A stretch of DNA of 64,000 bases, taken from the NCBI GenBank assembly GCA_963825315.1, contig CAWGST010000003.1, forward strand, positions 7,743 to 71,742, in the 5' to 3' direction. The notes under the pieces were generated by a model. It was not told where the DNA came from, ran no database searches, and saw only the letters and a list, made by a program, of their open reading frames with translations. Positions 1 through 11,202 of this stretch are shown here, one piece after another. Each line of letters starts with the position of its first letter. Within the stretch, counting starts at the first letter, position 1. The position numbers and the translations under genes were made by a program. Source of the stretch: an uncultured Verrucomicrobiae bacterium (GTDB lineage: Bacteria > Verrucomicrobiota > Verrucomicrobiia > Limisphaerales > Palsa-1400).

Positions 1-2
1 AC

Positions 3-554
3 CGCATGCGCTGCGTCGAGGGATGGTCCATGGTGATTCCATGGGTCGGTTTTCCGCTGTCCAAACTTCTCGATCTGGTCGAGCCGTTCAGCAATGCGAA
101 GTATGTCGCCTTCGAGACGCTGCTGGATCCCAAGCGCATGCCGGGACAGCGAAGCGCTGTACTCGAATGGCCTTATGTTGAGGGTTTGAGAATGGATGAA
201 GCGATGCACCCGTTGACCCTGCTGGCCAGCGGGCTGTATGGGCGTGCGTTGCCGCCACAGGACGGCGCCCCCATTCGGTTGGTCATACCCTGGAAATACG
301 GGTTCAAGGGCGTCAAGTCCATTGTCAAAATCAAGCTGGTGGCGACGCAACCACGCACTACCTGGAGTGAATCTGCCCCGAATGAATACGGCTTCTACGC
401 CAACGTCAACCCGCAGGTTGACCATCCCCGCTGGAGTCAGGCCACCGAACAACGCATCGGCGAATCGGGACGGCGTCCAACCCTGATGTTCAACGGCTAT
501 GCAGAACAAGTGGGTCATTTATACACCGGAATGGATCTGCGCGCGAATTTCTGA
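3..554 (+). CDS. msrP: Protein-methionine-sulfoxide reductase catalytic (molybdopterin) subunit MsrP/YedY, C-terminal part; the 5' end lies outside the window
   Basis: The ORF is open to the window edge. The translation ([21 protein letters not shown]...[20 protein letters not shown]...[10 protein letters not shown]...FNGYAEQV) is collinear with the C-terminal half of E. coli YedY as I recall it. msrQ follows 15 nt downstream. Confidence 0.9.
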   Translation, partial: RMRCVEGWSMVIPWVGFPLSKLLDLVEPFSNAKYVAFETLLDPKRMPGQRSAVLEWPYVEGLRMDEAMHPLTLLASGLYGRALPPQDGAPIRLVIPWKYGFKGVKSIVKIKLVATQPRTTWSESAPNEYGFYANVNPQVDHPRWSQATEQRIGESGRRPTLMFNGYAEQVGHLYTGMDLRANF

Positions 555-569
555 CCGGCAAAAACCCTC

Positions 570-1220
570 GTGAAAGAGAACGATATTCGTTTCGCCAGGT
601 TTCTCGTGCTCGTCAATGCCGCCGTGCCGGCGACATTGCTTGGCTGGGATGCCTGGCGCCACAAGCTGGGGGCCAACCCGGTCAATTTCGCAATCCTCAC
701 GACCGGTATGTCGGCGCTGGTTTTTTTGATGCTGACACTTTTGGTGACGCCTCTCCGAAAAATCACCGGCTTAAATTGGCTGATTTTCTCCCGGCGCACG
801 TTCGGGCTTTACGCCTTCTTCTACGCCTGCATGCATTTCCTGATTTTCTTCAGCCTCGACCGGTCGTTCAGCATTTCCAGCACGTTTTCGGAAATGCTCA
901 AACGCAAATACCTGCTGTTGGGCCTCACCGGTCTGCTGGTCATGGTGCCGCTGGCCGTCACCTCCACCAACGCCATGATCAAACGCCTTGGCGGCAAACG
1001 CTGGCGGGCGCTGCATCGGCTCGCTTATGTGGCCGCCATCGCCGGCGTGATTCATTATTATATGCAGGTGAAAGCCGATGTGCGCCAGCCGCTGGCGTTT
1101 GCGGCGGTGCTGGCCATCCTGCTCGGCTGCCGGCTGGTGGTTTACTGGCGCCGTCCCAAGTCAGTGCCGGCGGCAACTACCGCAGTCAAACCGAAGATAT
1201 GGTCCGGTCCGTTGCCATAG
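570..1220 (+). CDS. msrQ: Methionine-sulfoxide reductase heme-binding membrane subunit MsrQ/YedZ (ferric-reductase-like TM domain)
   Basis: GTG start. The 216-aa product has multiple hydrophobic helices with conserved His residues (CMHFLIF, ALHRLAYVAAIAGVIHYY) and sits immediately downstream of msrP. Confidence 0.85.
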   Translation: MKENDIRFARFLVLVNAAVPATLLGWDAWRHKLGANPVNFAILTTGMSALVFLMLTLLVTPLRKITGLNWLIFSRRTFGLYAFFYACMHFLIFFSLDRSFSISSTFSEMLKRKYLLLGLTGLLVMVPLAVTSTNAMIKRLGGKRWRALHRLAYVAAIAGVIHYYMQVKADVRQPLAFAAVLAILLGCRLVVYWRRPKSVPAATTAVKPKIWSGPLP

Positions 1221-1231
1221 CTGCCGCGACC

Positions 1232-1333
1232 GCGGACTTGTCGCGCCGTAGCGCAGCGAAGGTGGATCATCCCTGTGACGGTGGACTTGTCGCGTCGTCT
1301 TGTCGCGCCGTAGCCACAGCGGCGAAGGTGGAA
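1232..1333. repeat. Two tandem copies of a dispersed intergenic repeat, GCGGACTTGTCGCGCCGTAGC-N-GCGAAGGYGGA
   Basis: Copy a is at 1232-1267 and the longer copy b at 1281-1333. The same 36-nt unit recurs at 55058-55123, with 32/36 identity between 1232-1267 and 55088-55123. Confidence 0.8.
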
Positions 1334-2303
1334 GCGTAGCGGAGATGGACGGAAATAAAAATAGGCGATTGTGCGGGACGCATTACCAATTTCCTAGGCC
1401 TGACCCTTTCCCTTTCACTTTCATGCTCATAAAGTTTTGACGTCAGCCCAAAAACCAGATCAGCCGGGGTAAACTTCAACAACCGTGCTCATGGCACAAA
1501 GTTAAGCGCAAAGCAGGGCCATCGTCAAATTCATCCGCGTTTAGGATTGTCAATTAAACGGCACTTCAGTAAAATGACTGGCAGTTCTTTCACATGGCCA
1601 AGGCAGTTCATCCCGCCGGCAGTGCGTCAGTTTGAGTCTAATCCATAACATTGCGCAAGATAAGGCAAGGAATTCCCAAAAGAGGGTGAGTATTCTTGCG
1701 ACAATCAGACCATGCCCGCTTCCAACAAACAAAAGGACACGCAACATGAGAATCGCCCTGACAACATTGACTGTGAGCGCGGCCATTCTGACAGCGCTTC
1801 TTATCGGATCGAGTGACGTTTGCCACGCCCAGGCTCAATCGCAATTCAACATTGAATCGGCCTCCGTGGTAGAAGTTTCTGCGATGCCAACAAACGGCAT
1901 TTTTTGGAGCATGTCGGGCAATTTCCCCCCGAGTCCATTCGACCCGATGCCGTCTCTTTCATTGTATACGGACGGCACCCCGGGCAATTTCTGGTTCGAC
2001 GACAGGGCTTTTGACTACCAGTCCTACTGGACGCAGGTGTCAGCGGATGCCAACACGTCCCGCAGCGGGGAAAGGACGATGGACGAAGTACCCGCGCCGC
2101 CCGGCTATGGCGGCAGCAGCGGTTCTTCAGGCGGCGGAGCCAGTCCGCAAATCGGCTTCACTCCTCCAGACAGCGGCTACGTTCCTTGCGAAACCTGGAC
2201 CAATTTCTGGCTGGAAATCTCCGCTAGTTCCAACGTCATTGACATAATCATCAGCAACACACTTCCGGGCATGTCCTACATTCTGCTGAAAACGACCAGT
2301 CTA

Positions 2304-3303
2304 GAGCGTTTTAAATAAAACTGTAGCCATTCCGTTGGGCCTGTGGTATAGGCAGTTCATGCGAACTTTATCGTTGGACCTGCGCGAACGGATTTTGGCT
2401 TCCTATGACCTTGAAGAGGGGACTCGCGTGGAGGTCGGCGATCGTTACCGGGTTTCGCTGGGCCTGGTCAAGAAGCTCTTGCAACAACGCCGACGGACCG
2501 GGGAGATCGGTCCGCGCCACCGTTTCTCCGGGCGCAAGCCGATGATCCTGGCGGCCCATCAGCGCCAGATGCGGACTCTATTGAATCAGAAGCCCGACCT
2601 GACCTTGAAAGAGCTGCGCGCCGGCTTGGAACTGGACTGTTCTCTGCCCGCCATCCACTACGTTCTGGCGAAGATGGGGCTGACATATAAAAAAAGACAC
2701 TCCATGCCAGCGAGCAAGACCGTCCGGACATTGCGCGGGCGCGCCGCGCCTGGCGGCGTCGGCAAGGCGGTTTGGACCCGGCCAAACTGATTTTCCTGGA
2801 CGAATCGGGTGCCAAAACCAATCTGACCCGCCTGCGCGGGCGCGCCCTGCGGGGTCAGCGTGTCCACGCCCAATGTCCGCAGGGCCATTGGCAAACCACG
2901 ACCATGATCGGCGCCATCCGCCTGGACGGTGCCACCGCCTGCATGACCATCGAGGGGGCCACCGATACGGAGGTTTTCCGGGTCTATGTCGGCCATGTCT
3001 TGTGCCCGACGCTGCGCGCCGGAGATGTGGTCATCATGGATAACCTCTCCCCGCATAAAAGTGAGCCGACCCTTTCGCTGATCGCGCAGGCTGGAGCCCA
3101 AATCCTCTTCCTTCCAGCCTATTCCCCAGACCTCAATCCCATCGAGCAAATGTGGAGCAAAGTCAAATCCCACCTGTGTACAGCCGAGGCCCGCACGCAG
3201 CCCGCTCTGCTCCAGGCGATTGCTTCAGCTTTGCAGAGTATCACGCCCCGGGATGCCATGAACTGGTTTGCCTCTTGTGGCTACAGTTTTATTTAAAACG
3301 CTC
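2304..3303 (+). mobile_element. IS630-family insertion sequence (1,000 bp)
   Basis: Perfect 25-bp terminal inverted repeats, GAGCGTTTTAAATAAAACTGTAGCC, at 2304-2328 and 3279-3303. They are flanked by a TA duplication (2302-2303 and 3304-3305), the IS630/Tc1-mariner hallmark. Confidence 0.9.
2359..3296 (+). CDS. IS630-family DDE transposase, encoded in two frames joined by a -1 shift on an A7 run (2689-2695)
   Basis: The upstream frame has an HTH part (MRTLSLDLRERILASYD...). After the shift the sequence reads ...TYKK-KTLHASEQDRPDIARARRAWRRRQGGLDPAKLIFLDESGAKTN...DNLSPHK...YSPDLNPIEQMWSKVK. 938 nt + 1 gives 313 codons. Confidence 0.85.
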
Positions 3304-6300
3304 TAAACAATCCAGATTGGGTCCCCATTCAAACAAATACCGCCTCCAGCAATTCCATCGCCGCGAGTCTGATCAGTGCGGGAACAAATGCCACGCTGTT
3401 TTTTAAAGCTGTGCTGACCGCGAATGATCAGCCTCCTTTCATCACCGTTGCGCCCTCCAATCAGGTTGTCTTCGCGGGCAGCAGCGCGGTCTTCACTGTG
3501 ACCGCGACGGGGCTTGCGCCATTGAGCTACCAGTGGCAGCTTAACGGAACCAACCTTCCGGGCCAGACCGCCGCCAACCTGACCATTGGCAGCGTCCAAA
3601 CCAACAATGTCGGCAGCTATACCGTCATCGTTTCCAATGTCATCTGTTGGGAAAGCGCGACCGCCGGGCTTGGGTTGACCTGGTCCAATTCCTTGGGCGC
3701 CCCCATCGACGCTTCTCCTGCGATTGGACCGGATGGGACGGTGTACATCCTAAACACCGCGAACACCATGTTCGCCTTGGACCCGGTTGTTGGAGGCATC
3801 AAATGGTCCACCAACCTCGGAAGTGGCTATGACAACGGCATCACTTCGTCGGCGGCGGTGGCTGCAAACGGGTCCGCCGTCTATGTTGGTTCATTGGATG
3901 GAACCCTTTATGCCCTCAATACAACGAACGGCGCCGTTCTCTGGAGCAATCAACTTGGCGGCTCGATCTATTCCTCGCCGGCCATCAGCGCAAGCGATGG
4001 CACTATCTATGTGGGGACCTGGTATCCAAGCTCGTATGGACTGTTCGCCATCAACCCGGCCACCGGTGCCACCAACTGGTTTTTTGAAACGGATGACCCG
4101 AACAGCGGTCAAACCGGCATTGACTCCTCCCCGGCTATTGGGCCGGACTGCACCATTTATTTTCTGGTTCCGTACCAGAATTATTACGGCGATTTGTACG
4201 CCGTTTCCCCCAATGGAGCGTTGCAGTGGTTCTTCCCGCTTCCCGGCGCGTACGCTCCGGCTTCCTCGCCAGCCATCGGCGCGGACGGCACGATCTATGT
4301 CGGCTCGGGGGACGGTTATCTTTATGCGATCAGCCCCAGCGGAACGTTGGAATGGATTTTCGACACCGGTGACGGCCAGGCGATTAATTCCTCCCCCGCT
4401 ATTGGCGGGGATGGCACGGTCTATATCGGTTCAACAGACGGCAATCTCTACGCCATCACCAATGGCGGTTTAAAGTGGCAGTTCACCGCCACAACCAGTT
4501 ACGGCTACCCGATCTTTTTCATCTCATCACCAGCCCTCAGCGAGGATGGCGTGATCTACATTGGCGGAGAGGATTATTGGTTCGGCGTGAACAACTTCGT
4601 CTATGCCATCACCAACGACGCGGTCAAATGGACGTACCCAACGGGCGGATCTGTCGTTTCTTCCCCCGCGATCAATCCGGCGGATGGCGCCGTCATCATC
4701 GCCAGCGAGGACGGTTACGTCTATAAGCGTCCGGGATCCGGAAGCCTGGCGGCGAATGCCCCATGGCCTATGTTTCATCAGAACGTCCGCCACACCGGCG
4801 CCGTGCCCAACCCTGCCTGTTCCGGCGGTGGTGTCGCCTTTCCCAACAACCCCGGGTTCTCTTCGGGTTACAGCACCTTCAGCTTTTATCTGAGCGGCAC
4901 CCCTGGAAGCCTTTGGTATGTTTTTGCCTCAAGCGATCTGGCAAACTGGAGCCAGCTGGGCAATGTCTCATTGGATTCCTCTTCGGGGACAGAAGAGTTT
5001 TTCGACGACACTGTGGCTGGAGTGACCAATCGTTTCTACATGGCGCAATCTGGCAATTCCTGCTCGCCAGTCATCGGTTTCATCAATATGACCATCCCGC
5101 CCGGAAAAAATCTAATCGCAAACCAGTTCTATCAGGTAAATGATGGCGATTCTCCGCAGAATACAGCGAACGGATTGCTCGATTTTCTGGTGAACAATGG
5201 TTTTTCTTCTCCCTATTTACCCGGCGGGACCGAAATCATGAAATGGAATGGGAACGACTTTGAGAGTGATACTTACGATGCGGTTAATAAACTCTGGTCA
5301 ACCAACGGCGACGCGACGCTATTACCCGGTGAAGCGGCATTCATCATTAACCCGACGAGTTCTTCCTTGACGATACCTTTTGTGGGGTTGGTCTTGCAAG
5401 GGCTGTCGGCCAACCCGATTGTCGCCGGGACCAATTATGTCAGTTCCATTGTCCCGCAAGCCGGGCGCATCCAATCGGACCTGGGGTACAAGCCGAACAC
5501 TAACGATCAAGTGCTGTTGTGGACCGGCAACGGCTTTTCAACCCACACTTATAGCGGCAGCGGATGGAGTTCGGGGGAGCCGGTGCTCAACGTCGGGCAG
5601 GGATTCGTCCTGGTCGCCAGCCAAACGAACCTTTGGCAGCAGAGTCTCTCCGCCTGCCAGCCTGGGTTTTTCGTGGTGCCGTCAAATCCTCTCTGGACTG
5701 ACACCGGCATCTTCGTCAATAGCAACGACACAGTGATGTTCACCAACGTTAGTGGAATTTGGAACGGCGGCCCGGACCAGGGACAGGTGGGGCCAGGCGG
5801 AGAGATTGACAACGATGCGTTCGATTGCTTCTTAACAACCAATCTTGCTCTTCACGATAGCCTCATAGCGTTTGTGGGACCGAATCCTTATTATTGGGGC
5901 ACCACTAACGAGTGGGTGTACGGAAACACCTATTTCCCGCAAGGGGCGAGTACCAACGGTTACTGGCCGGTCGGCACAAACGGGACATTCACAACCGATC
6001 GCGCCGGTGAACTTTGGTTTGGATTCAATGACGATGCGGTCAATCTGCAAACAAACGATAACACGGGGTTCGTGGCCGGACAAATACAGATCACCAATGG
6101 GCCATGACGTTTCACCCGATAACGACCAGCGCTTGCATGTGGCCCTTCATCTGGCAGCAAAGCTGCCCGGCCTGCGCCGGCCCTTAAGCCGATAAACCGG
6201 CCAAGGGGAGGCATGATCTGACAAGGCCGCGCTCAAGCCAGGACGCGCGGCAATGTTGACAAAGGGTCGTGAATGAACGACGTTTGTTAAAGTTAATCCG

Positions 6301-6305
6301 CGAAC

Positions 6306-7150
6306 ATGAAGCGAAGCCGTCAGTGCAAAGCGTTTACGCTCATTGAGCTTTTGGTGGTGATCACCCTCATTGCGATTCTGGCGGCGCTGCTCCTGCCCGC
6401 TTTGGCCAGCGCCAAACATCACGCCAAGGATGTCAATTGCGTGAGCAACCTCAAGCAATTGACCCTCAGCGGCTTGATGTACATGGATGAAACGGGCCAG
6501 ACTATTCTCGAAGTTGATACGAACGATTTGGATTCTTGGCTTGGAGGCTTAAGCCCTTACGGGTTGACAAGCAATATTGTCCTTTGCCCGGCGACACGCG
6601 TCACAACCCAAACGGTTCCAAATGGCGATGTGATTGGAACCGCAAGCCTTGCATGGTACAACTGGCCATTGGGCACAATCGCGCCGGTCAATGGCAGCTA
6701 CAGCATGAATGGCTGGCTTTTCTCTTGGGACCCGGCCATCACTAGCAGTATGTTTTCAGGATGGGTGGCCCCCCCCCCACGGTCGTCCTTAACAATCCCC
6801 AGTTTTTGTTTAATAAACCAACCTCGGTTCAAAGGCCGGCGCAAACTCCCCTCTTCAATGATGCGGTCGTTTGGAACGAATGGCCGCTCGAATCCGATCA
6901 CCCTGCGCCTGACCTTTCCCAGGGAGAGGCTGTTGGCATACCAGGAATGACCCGCTGCACAATTTGGCGGCATGGGGGAAAAACGGCGACCTCGCCAGTC
7001 AGCGCCTCCATTTATCGCCCTTTCTTGATGCCGAATGACGCGGCGATCAACATCGGCTTTGACGATGGCCATGCCCAAATGGTAAAATTGAACTCCCTTT
7101 GGAGTCTCTACTGGCATTACAGCTGGAGGCCGTCTGCAACGCCACCTTAG
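6306..7150 (+). CDS. Prepilin-type N-terminal cleavage/methylation domain protein with DUF1559-like C-terminus (paralogue 1), frame broken at a C10 tract
   Basis: N-terminus [27 protein letters not shown]-terminal [10 protein letters not shown]...[15 protein letters not shown] lies in the other frame (ORF 6761-7150). Adding one C at 6769-6778 restores a 281-aa ORF. Confidence 0.8.
6769..6778. repeat. Homopolymeric C10 tract inside the coding sequence
   Basis: GTGGCCCCCCCCCCACGG. The paralogue at 11229-11243 reads GGGGCCTCCCCCCCC and stays in frame. Confidence 0.95.
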
Positions 7151-7413
7151 CAGCCCTCGTTTGAAACCATAATACGGGGGTGGTGCTCGGACAAATAGAG
7201 ATCACGCCACCATAACGTTTCGCCCGATAACGACCAGCGCTTGCATGTGGCCCTTCATCTGGCAGTAAAGCTGCCCGGCCTGCGCCGGCCCTTAAGCCGA
7301 TAAACCGGCCAAGGGGAGACATGATCTGACAAGGCCGCGCTCAAGCCAGGACGCGCGGCAATGTTGACAAGGGGTCGTGAATGAACGACGTTTGTTAAAG
7401 TTAATCCGGGAAC

Positions 7414-8226
7414 ATGAAGCGAAGCCGTCAGTGCAAAGCGTTCACGCTGATTGAGTTGCTGGTGGTCATTACGATCATTGCGATTCTGGCGGCGCTGCTC
7501 CTGCCCGCTTTGGCGAGGTCGAAAATGAACGCCCAACAGGTCAACTGCTTGAGTAACGTCAGGCAGATAACTATGGCGGGATTGATGTACATGAACGAGA
7601 CTGGACAGAACATGCGCTACAATGACTCGGGCATGCCGGAGTTCGATCCGTCTTGGCCAATTACCCTTTGGATGGGAAGTTTGAGTGATTATGGTGTTAC
7701 GGATGAGCTGCGATTATGCCCTTCTACTCACCAGCCGTCGCCAGTCCAAAATACGGCTGTATGGGGTACGGCGTCTATCGCATGGGATTGGGGAGTCAAT
7801 TTAACGCCTCCGATAACGGGCACTTACGGTTTCAATGGCTGGCTTTGGAGTTTTGCGCCGGGAACTAACTTTTACCGATCTGGCACTTTTCCGACCTTTG
7901 TTTTTCCCAAGCCCACGTCGATCCAGAGAACGCCACAAACGCCACTTTTTTTCGATTCGATATGGGTGTGCTCTTGGCCCATAGAAAATGATACGCCAGC
8001 CACCGACCTTTATAGTGGTGCGCCCATTCTCAACACCCTTGGAATTCAACGCTGTACTATTTTGCGCCACGGCGGGAAAACCGCATCATCGTCCTATCCT
8101 TTCTCCGGGCAAAAACAGGCTTTACCAGGCGCAATCAATATGGGCTTTGCAGATGGCCACGCGGAATTGTCCCCGCTGAGAAATCTCTGGAATTATTATT
8201 GGCATCTCAATTGGCGGCCGCCTTGA
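7414..8226 (+). CDS. Prepilin-type N-terminal cleavage/methylation domain protein with DUF1559-like C-terminus (paralogue 2, intact)
   Basis: 270-aa ORF with [26 protein letters not shown] at the N-terminus and [10 protein letters not shown]...[15 protein letters not shown] at the C-terminus. It shares about 200 bp of upstream sequence with paralogue 1. Confidence 0.85.
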   Translation: MKRSRQCKAFTLIELLVVITIIAILAALLLPALARSKMNAQQVNCLSNVRQITMAGLMYMNETGQNMRYNDSGMPEFDPSWPITLWMGSLSDYGVTDELRLCPSTHQPSPVQNTAVWGTASIAWDWGVNLTPPITGTYGFNGWLWSFAPGTNFYRSGTFPTFVFPKPTSIQRTPQTPLFFDSIWVCSWPIENDTPATDLYSGAPILNTLGIQRCTILRHGGKTASSSYPFSGQKQALPGAINMGFADGHAELSPLRNLWNYYWHLNWRPP

Positions 8227-8239
8227 GCGCATTGTGGAG

Positions 8240-8884
8240 ATGAACAGACGAGAAAGCCGCCATTGCCACGCCTTTACGCTCATTGAGCTTTTGGTGGTCA
8301 TCGCCATCATCGGCATTATCGCCGCGATGGTTGTCAACATGAATAGCGCCGCCCAAACCGCCAAAAGAAACGCCCAAGTCAACGGCGATAAGGCCAATCT
8401 CACCCTAATGATTGATAATTATCAAGCCAAGCTCAATTTTTACCCGCCGGACAACGGCAGCCTGGCCAGCGCCCTTCCTGCCAATTACGAAGCATTGGCC
8501 GCGATCAATCCTTTGCTCTACGAATTGACCGGCGCGTCAATCAATATCAACACTGGGAACATTGTACTGTTTGATGGCACTAATATTTCTTCCCAAAACT
8601 TCAGCAATTGGTACGGGCGTGCCTCCGTCAACAATGCAAACCCGGACGAACCTAATAATTTTTTCAACCCAGGGCCGCAGCCCAAGGAATATACAAACTA
8701 TGATGTCATGCCTGCTCTGAAAGGCCTGCTCGTGCCTGTTCCCGGTGCTCCGACCTTCAACTTTTGGCATTACGATTCCTCCACAACCAATCGCCACAAC
8801 CTCTCGAGCTACGATTTATGGGCCGAATACATCAGCGCCACCAGGAACGGCGTCAACATCATCACGATTAACGGCAACTGGTGA
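8240..8884 (+). CDS. Type II secretion/type IV pilin-like pseudopilin (prepilin N-terminal methylation motif)
   Basis: [32 protein letters not shown]... is a class III signal followed by a hydrophobic helix. I prefer the ATG at 8240 over the GTG at 8234. Confidence 0.75.
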   Translation: MNRRESRHCHAFTLIELLVVIAIIGIIAAMVVNMNSAAQTAKRNAQVNGDKANLTLMIDNYQAKLNFYPPDNGSLASALPANYEALAAINPLLYELTGASININTGNIVLFDGTNISSQNFSNWYGRASVNNANPDEPNNFFNPGPQPKEYTNYDVMPALKGLLVPVPGAPTFNFWHYDSSTTNRHNLSSYDLWAEYISATRNGVNIITINGNW

Positions 8885-9395
8885 TGAACTTCGGAAAACA
8901 AACCTATCGCATCGCAACGTCCCCTGACGGTGCATGCCCAAGTGGGTGCCTGAACATCAATCGAATGAGTCAGCGCAAAGCCTTTACGCTCATTGAGCTT
9001 TTGGTGGTGATCACCCTCATTGCGATTCTGGCGGCGCTGCTCCTGCCCGCCTTGGCCAGCGCCAAACATCACGCCAAGGATGTCAATTGCGTGAGCAACC
9101 TCAAGCAATTGACCCTCAGCGGCTTGATGTACATGGATGAAACGGGGCAGACCATTCTCGCGGTTGATACGAACGATTTGGATTCTTGGGTTGGAGGCTT
9201 AAGCCCTTACGGATTGACAAGCAACATTGTCCTTTGCCCGGCAACTGGTGTCACAACCCAAACGGTTCCAAATGGTCAACTGAATGGAACCGCAAGCCTT
9301 GCATGGTACAACTGGCCATTGGGCACAGGCGCGCCGGTCAATGGCAGCTATAGCATGAATGGATGGTTGTTTTCTTACGATCCAGCCGTTACTAG

Positions 9396-9538
9396 TATTA
9401 CTTTGTTAAGTATAAGATCGGAAAAAAAGCATGAAATGCCCATAAACATTGACGAAAACCGCGATTGGGCGACCGGATTTTGCTCTTTCAACACATTTCA
9501 TTCTTCACTCGCAGTTTGCGCAACTTAACAGAGTAATA
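9396..9538. mobile_element. 143-bp non-autonomous MITE-like element
   Basis: 15-bp terminal inverted repeats, TATTACTTTGTTAAG and CTTAACAGAGTAATA, with 1 mismatch. Flanked by CTAG at 9392-9395 and 9539-9542. AT-rich with no ORF. Confidence 0.7.
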
Positions 9539-9542
9539 CTAG

Positions 9543-11202
9543 CAGCCTGTCGGACTTGACCAGAAACATTTTTTCAGGATTTCGCGTAATCTGCTATTGG
9601 AGCCTGTAGCACGGAGTTGACGAATTCGAAAAGACCAGTCGGATCGGACCAATAGAGTCCGGGAGGGGTGTCAATCGAAGCTTCGATCAAATGTTTGTTC
9701 CGCCCGGCCTTTTTCCTCGGATTTTCACTGGGAGCGGACCAGTTTCAATCCCGCTCCCAAGATGTGCAGTCGTTTGAGGTTGTAGGCGACGCAGACCAAC
9801 TGCCATTCCAGCCCGACTTTTTCCAGTCCGCGCAGCAGAAATTGCCGGAATCCCATCACGCTCTTGATGATGCCAAAGACCGGCTCCACCGTCTGCTGTC
9901 GTAATTTGTACTTGGCTTGGCCAACCTCCGTTTTCAGCCGGTGCTTCATCACCTCGCTCATCTCGGCTCCCGCGACGGGCTCCGCCGGTTCCTCCTTCTT
10001 CTCCAAATCGCTGACGGTGCGATGGTGCTCTCTCTTTTCCAGCGCCGCATAGACCGTCGTCCCGCTGGGCCGCCCTTCGGGCGTTTGTTCCACGGCCCGC
10101 ACCGCCGCTTCGCTGTAAAATCCGCTGTCGGCCAGGACGGCCGCAACCGATTCCACCGGGGCGGCCACCGCCGCCACGGTGGGGGCCAGTTCCTGTTTGT
10201 CGTTGCACGCCTGGCTCACCCGCTCTCCCACGATCAAGCGGCTGTCCACTTCCACGGCGGCTTGCGCGTTGTAGCTTTGCTCAAAATGTGGGCCGCTGCC
10301 CGCTTTCATGATCCGGCTCTGCGGGTCGGTGAAGTTATATTGGTCGCTGGGACCCGGTTCGGGCGTCGGTGCCTGGGGCGGCTGGCCGCGCATTCCTTCA
10401 CCCCGTTCTTTTTTGGCGGCCCGCTCGGCCAGTTTCTTCTCGTGTTCGGCCAACTCGACGGCGTAGCGCGCCTGGGCCCGGGCTTCAATCTCGGCCCGCG
10501 CCTTGGCCAGCGCGGCTTTGCGCTCTTGGCGGCGGGTGATCTCGTCGGGAATGCTCAGCCCGTCTTGCAAGGGCGTGCTGTCGGCTTGCTCGGCTTTGGC
10601 CATCAGTTCCTTGACCTCCAGGTCCAGTTGTTCGATGGTTTTGCCCGCGTGTTCGTAGCTGACGGCGGAGTGCTTGCTGGCATTGGCCATCACCTTGGTC
10701 CCGTCCACGGCCACGGTGATTTGTCCGACCTGCAAAAACTTCAACGCCTGCGCCAGCTCCAACACCCGCACAAAGGTCTCTTGCAACAGCGCTTTGTTCT
10801 CGCGCCGGAAAGTGCAAATGGTGTCGTGGTCCGGATGGGTGTCTCCGCAGATCATCCGCACCGGCACACTGTCGTAAGTCGCCTGTTCGATCCGCCGCGA
10901 ACTGAAAAGCCCGGTGGCATAGCAATAAAGCAACAAGACCAAAAGCATTCGCGGCGGATACTGTTCGCTACCAGTTCCCCTTTCGTTGACCTTGATTCGG
11001 CGTAAATCCATCTCCTCAACGGCGTCCAGAATGAAATGCGCCAGATGGTCTGTCGGCACCCAATCGCGCAGATTGGGGGGCAGGATCAGCGGGGTGTCGT
11101 AATCAATAGTGATAAAGCGTGCAGCCATACTTGACTGATGCCCTCTGGCCCTTTCACGTTCAAACTTTCTGAAAAAACCTTCGCTCTAAGTCCGACAGGC
11201 TG
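9543..11202 (-). mobile_element. IS5-superfamily (IS1182-like) insertion sequence, 1,660 bp
   Basis: Terminal inverted repeats CAGCCTGTCGGACTT (9543-9557) and AAGTCCGACAGGCTG (11188-11202). Flanked by CTAG at 9539-9542 and 11203-11206. Encodes a 467-aa transposase. Confidence 0.85.
9725..11128 (-). CDS. IS1182/IS5-type DDE transposase
   Basis: The 467-aa ORF has an N-terminus FITIDYDTPLILPPNLRDWVPTDHLAHFILDAVEEMDL (DUF772-like), a coiled-coil middle section, and a C-terminus ADSGFYSE...QQTVEPVFGIIKSVMGFRQFLLRGLEKV typical of IS1182-family transposases as I recall them. Confidence 0.85.
   Translation of the reverse strand: MAARFITIDYDTPLILPPNLRDWVPTDHLAHFILDAVEEMDLRRIKVNERGTGSEQYPPRMLLVLLLYCYATGLFSSRRIEQATYDSVPVRMICGDTHPDHDTICTFRRENKALLQETFVRVLELAQALKFLQVGQITVAVDGTKVMANASKHSAVSYEHAGKTIEQLDLEVKELMAKAEQADSTPLQDGLSIPDEITRRQERKAALAKARAEIEARAQARYAVELAEHEKKLAERAAKKERGEGMRGQPPQAPTPEPGPSDQYNFTDPQSRIMKAGSGPHFEQSYNAQAAVEVDSRLIVGERVSQACNDKQELAPTVAAVAAPVESVAAVLADSGFYSEAAVRAVEQTPEGRPSGTTVYAALEKREHHRTVSDLEKKEEPAEPVAGAEMSEVMKHRLKTEVGQAKYKLRQQTVEPVFGIIKSVMGFRQFLLRGLEKVGLEWQLVCVAYNLKRLHILGAGLKLVRSQ

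Larger units (their letters stand above)
1746..6107 (+). pseudogene. Secreted protein with signal peptide, Ig-like region and PQQ-like beta-propeller repeats, interrupted by IS630 (fragments 1746-2303 and 3306-6107)
   Basis: N-terminal signal MRIALTTLTVSAAILTALLIGSSDVCHAQA. Repeated DGT(V/I)Y(V/I)GSxDGxLYA(L/I) blades. Removing 2304-3305 fuses ...LLKTTSL to NNPDWVPIQTNTASS... in frame, giving a 3,360-nt ORF of 1,119 aa. Confidence 0.85.

Noticed and set aside
6254-6305. Sigma70 promoter in the repeated pilin upstream region (TTGACA at 6254-6259)
   Set aside because: No acceptable -10 hexamer lies at 16-18 nt spacing, so no promoter was called.
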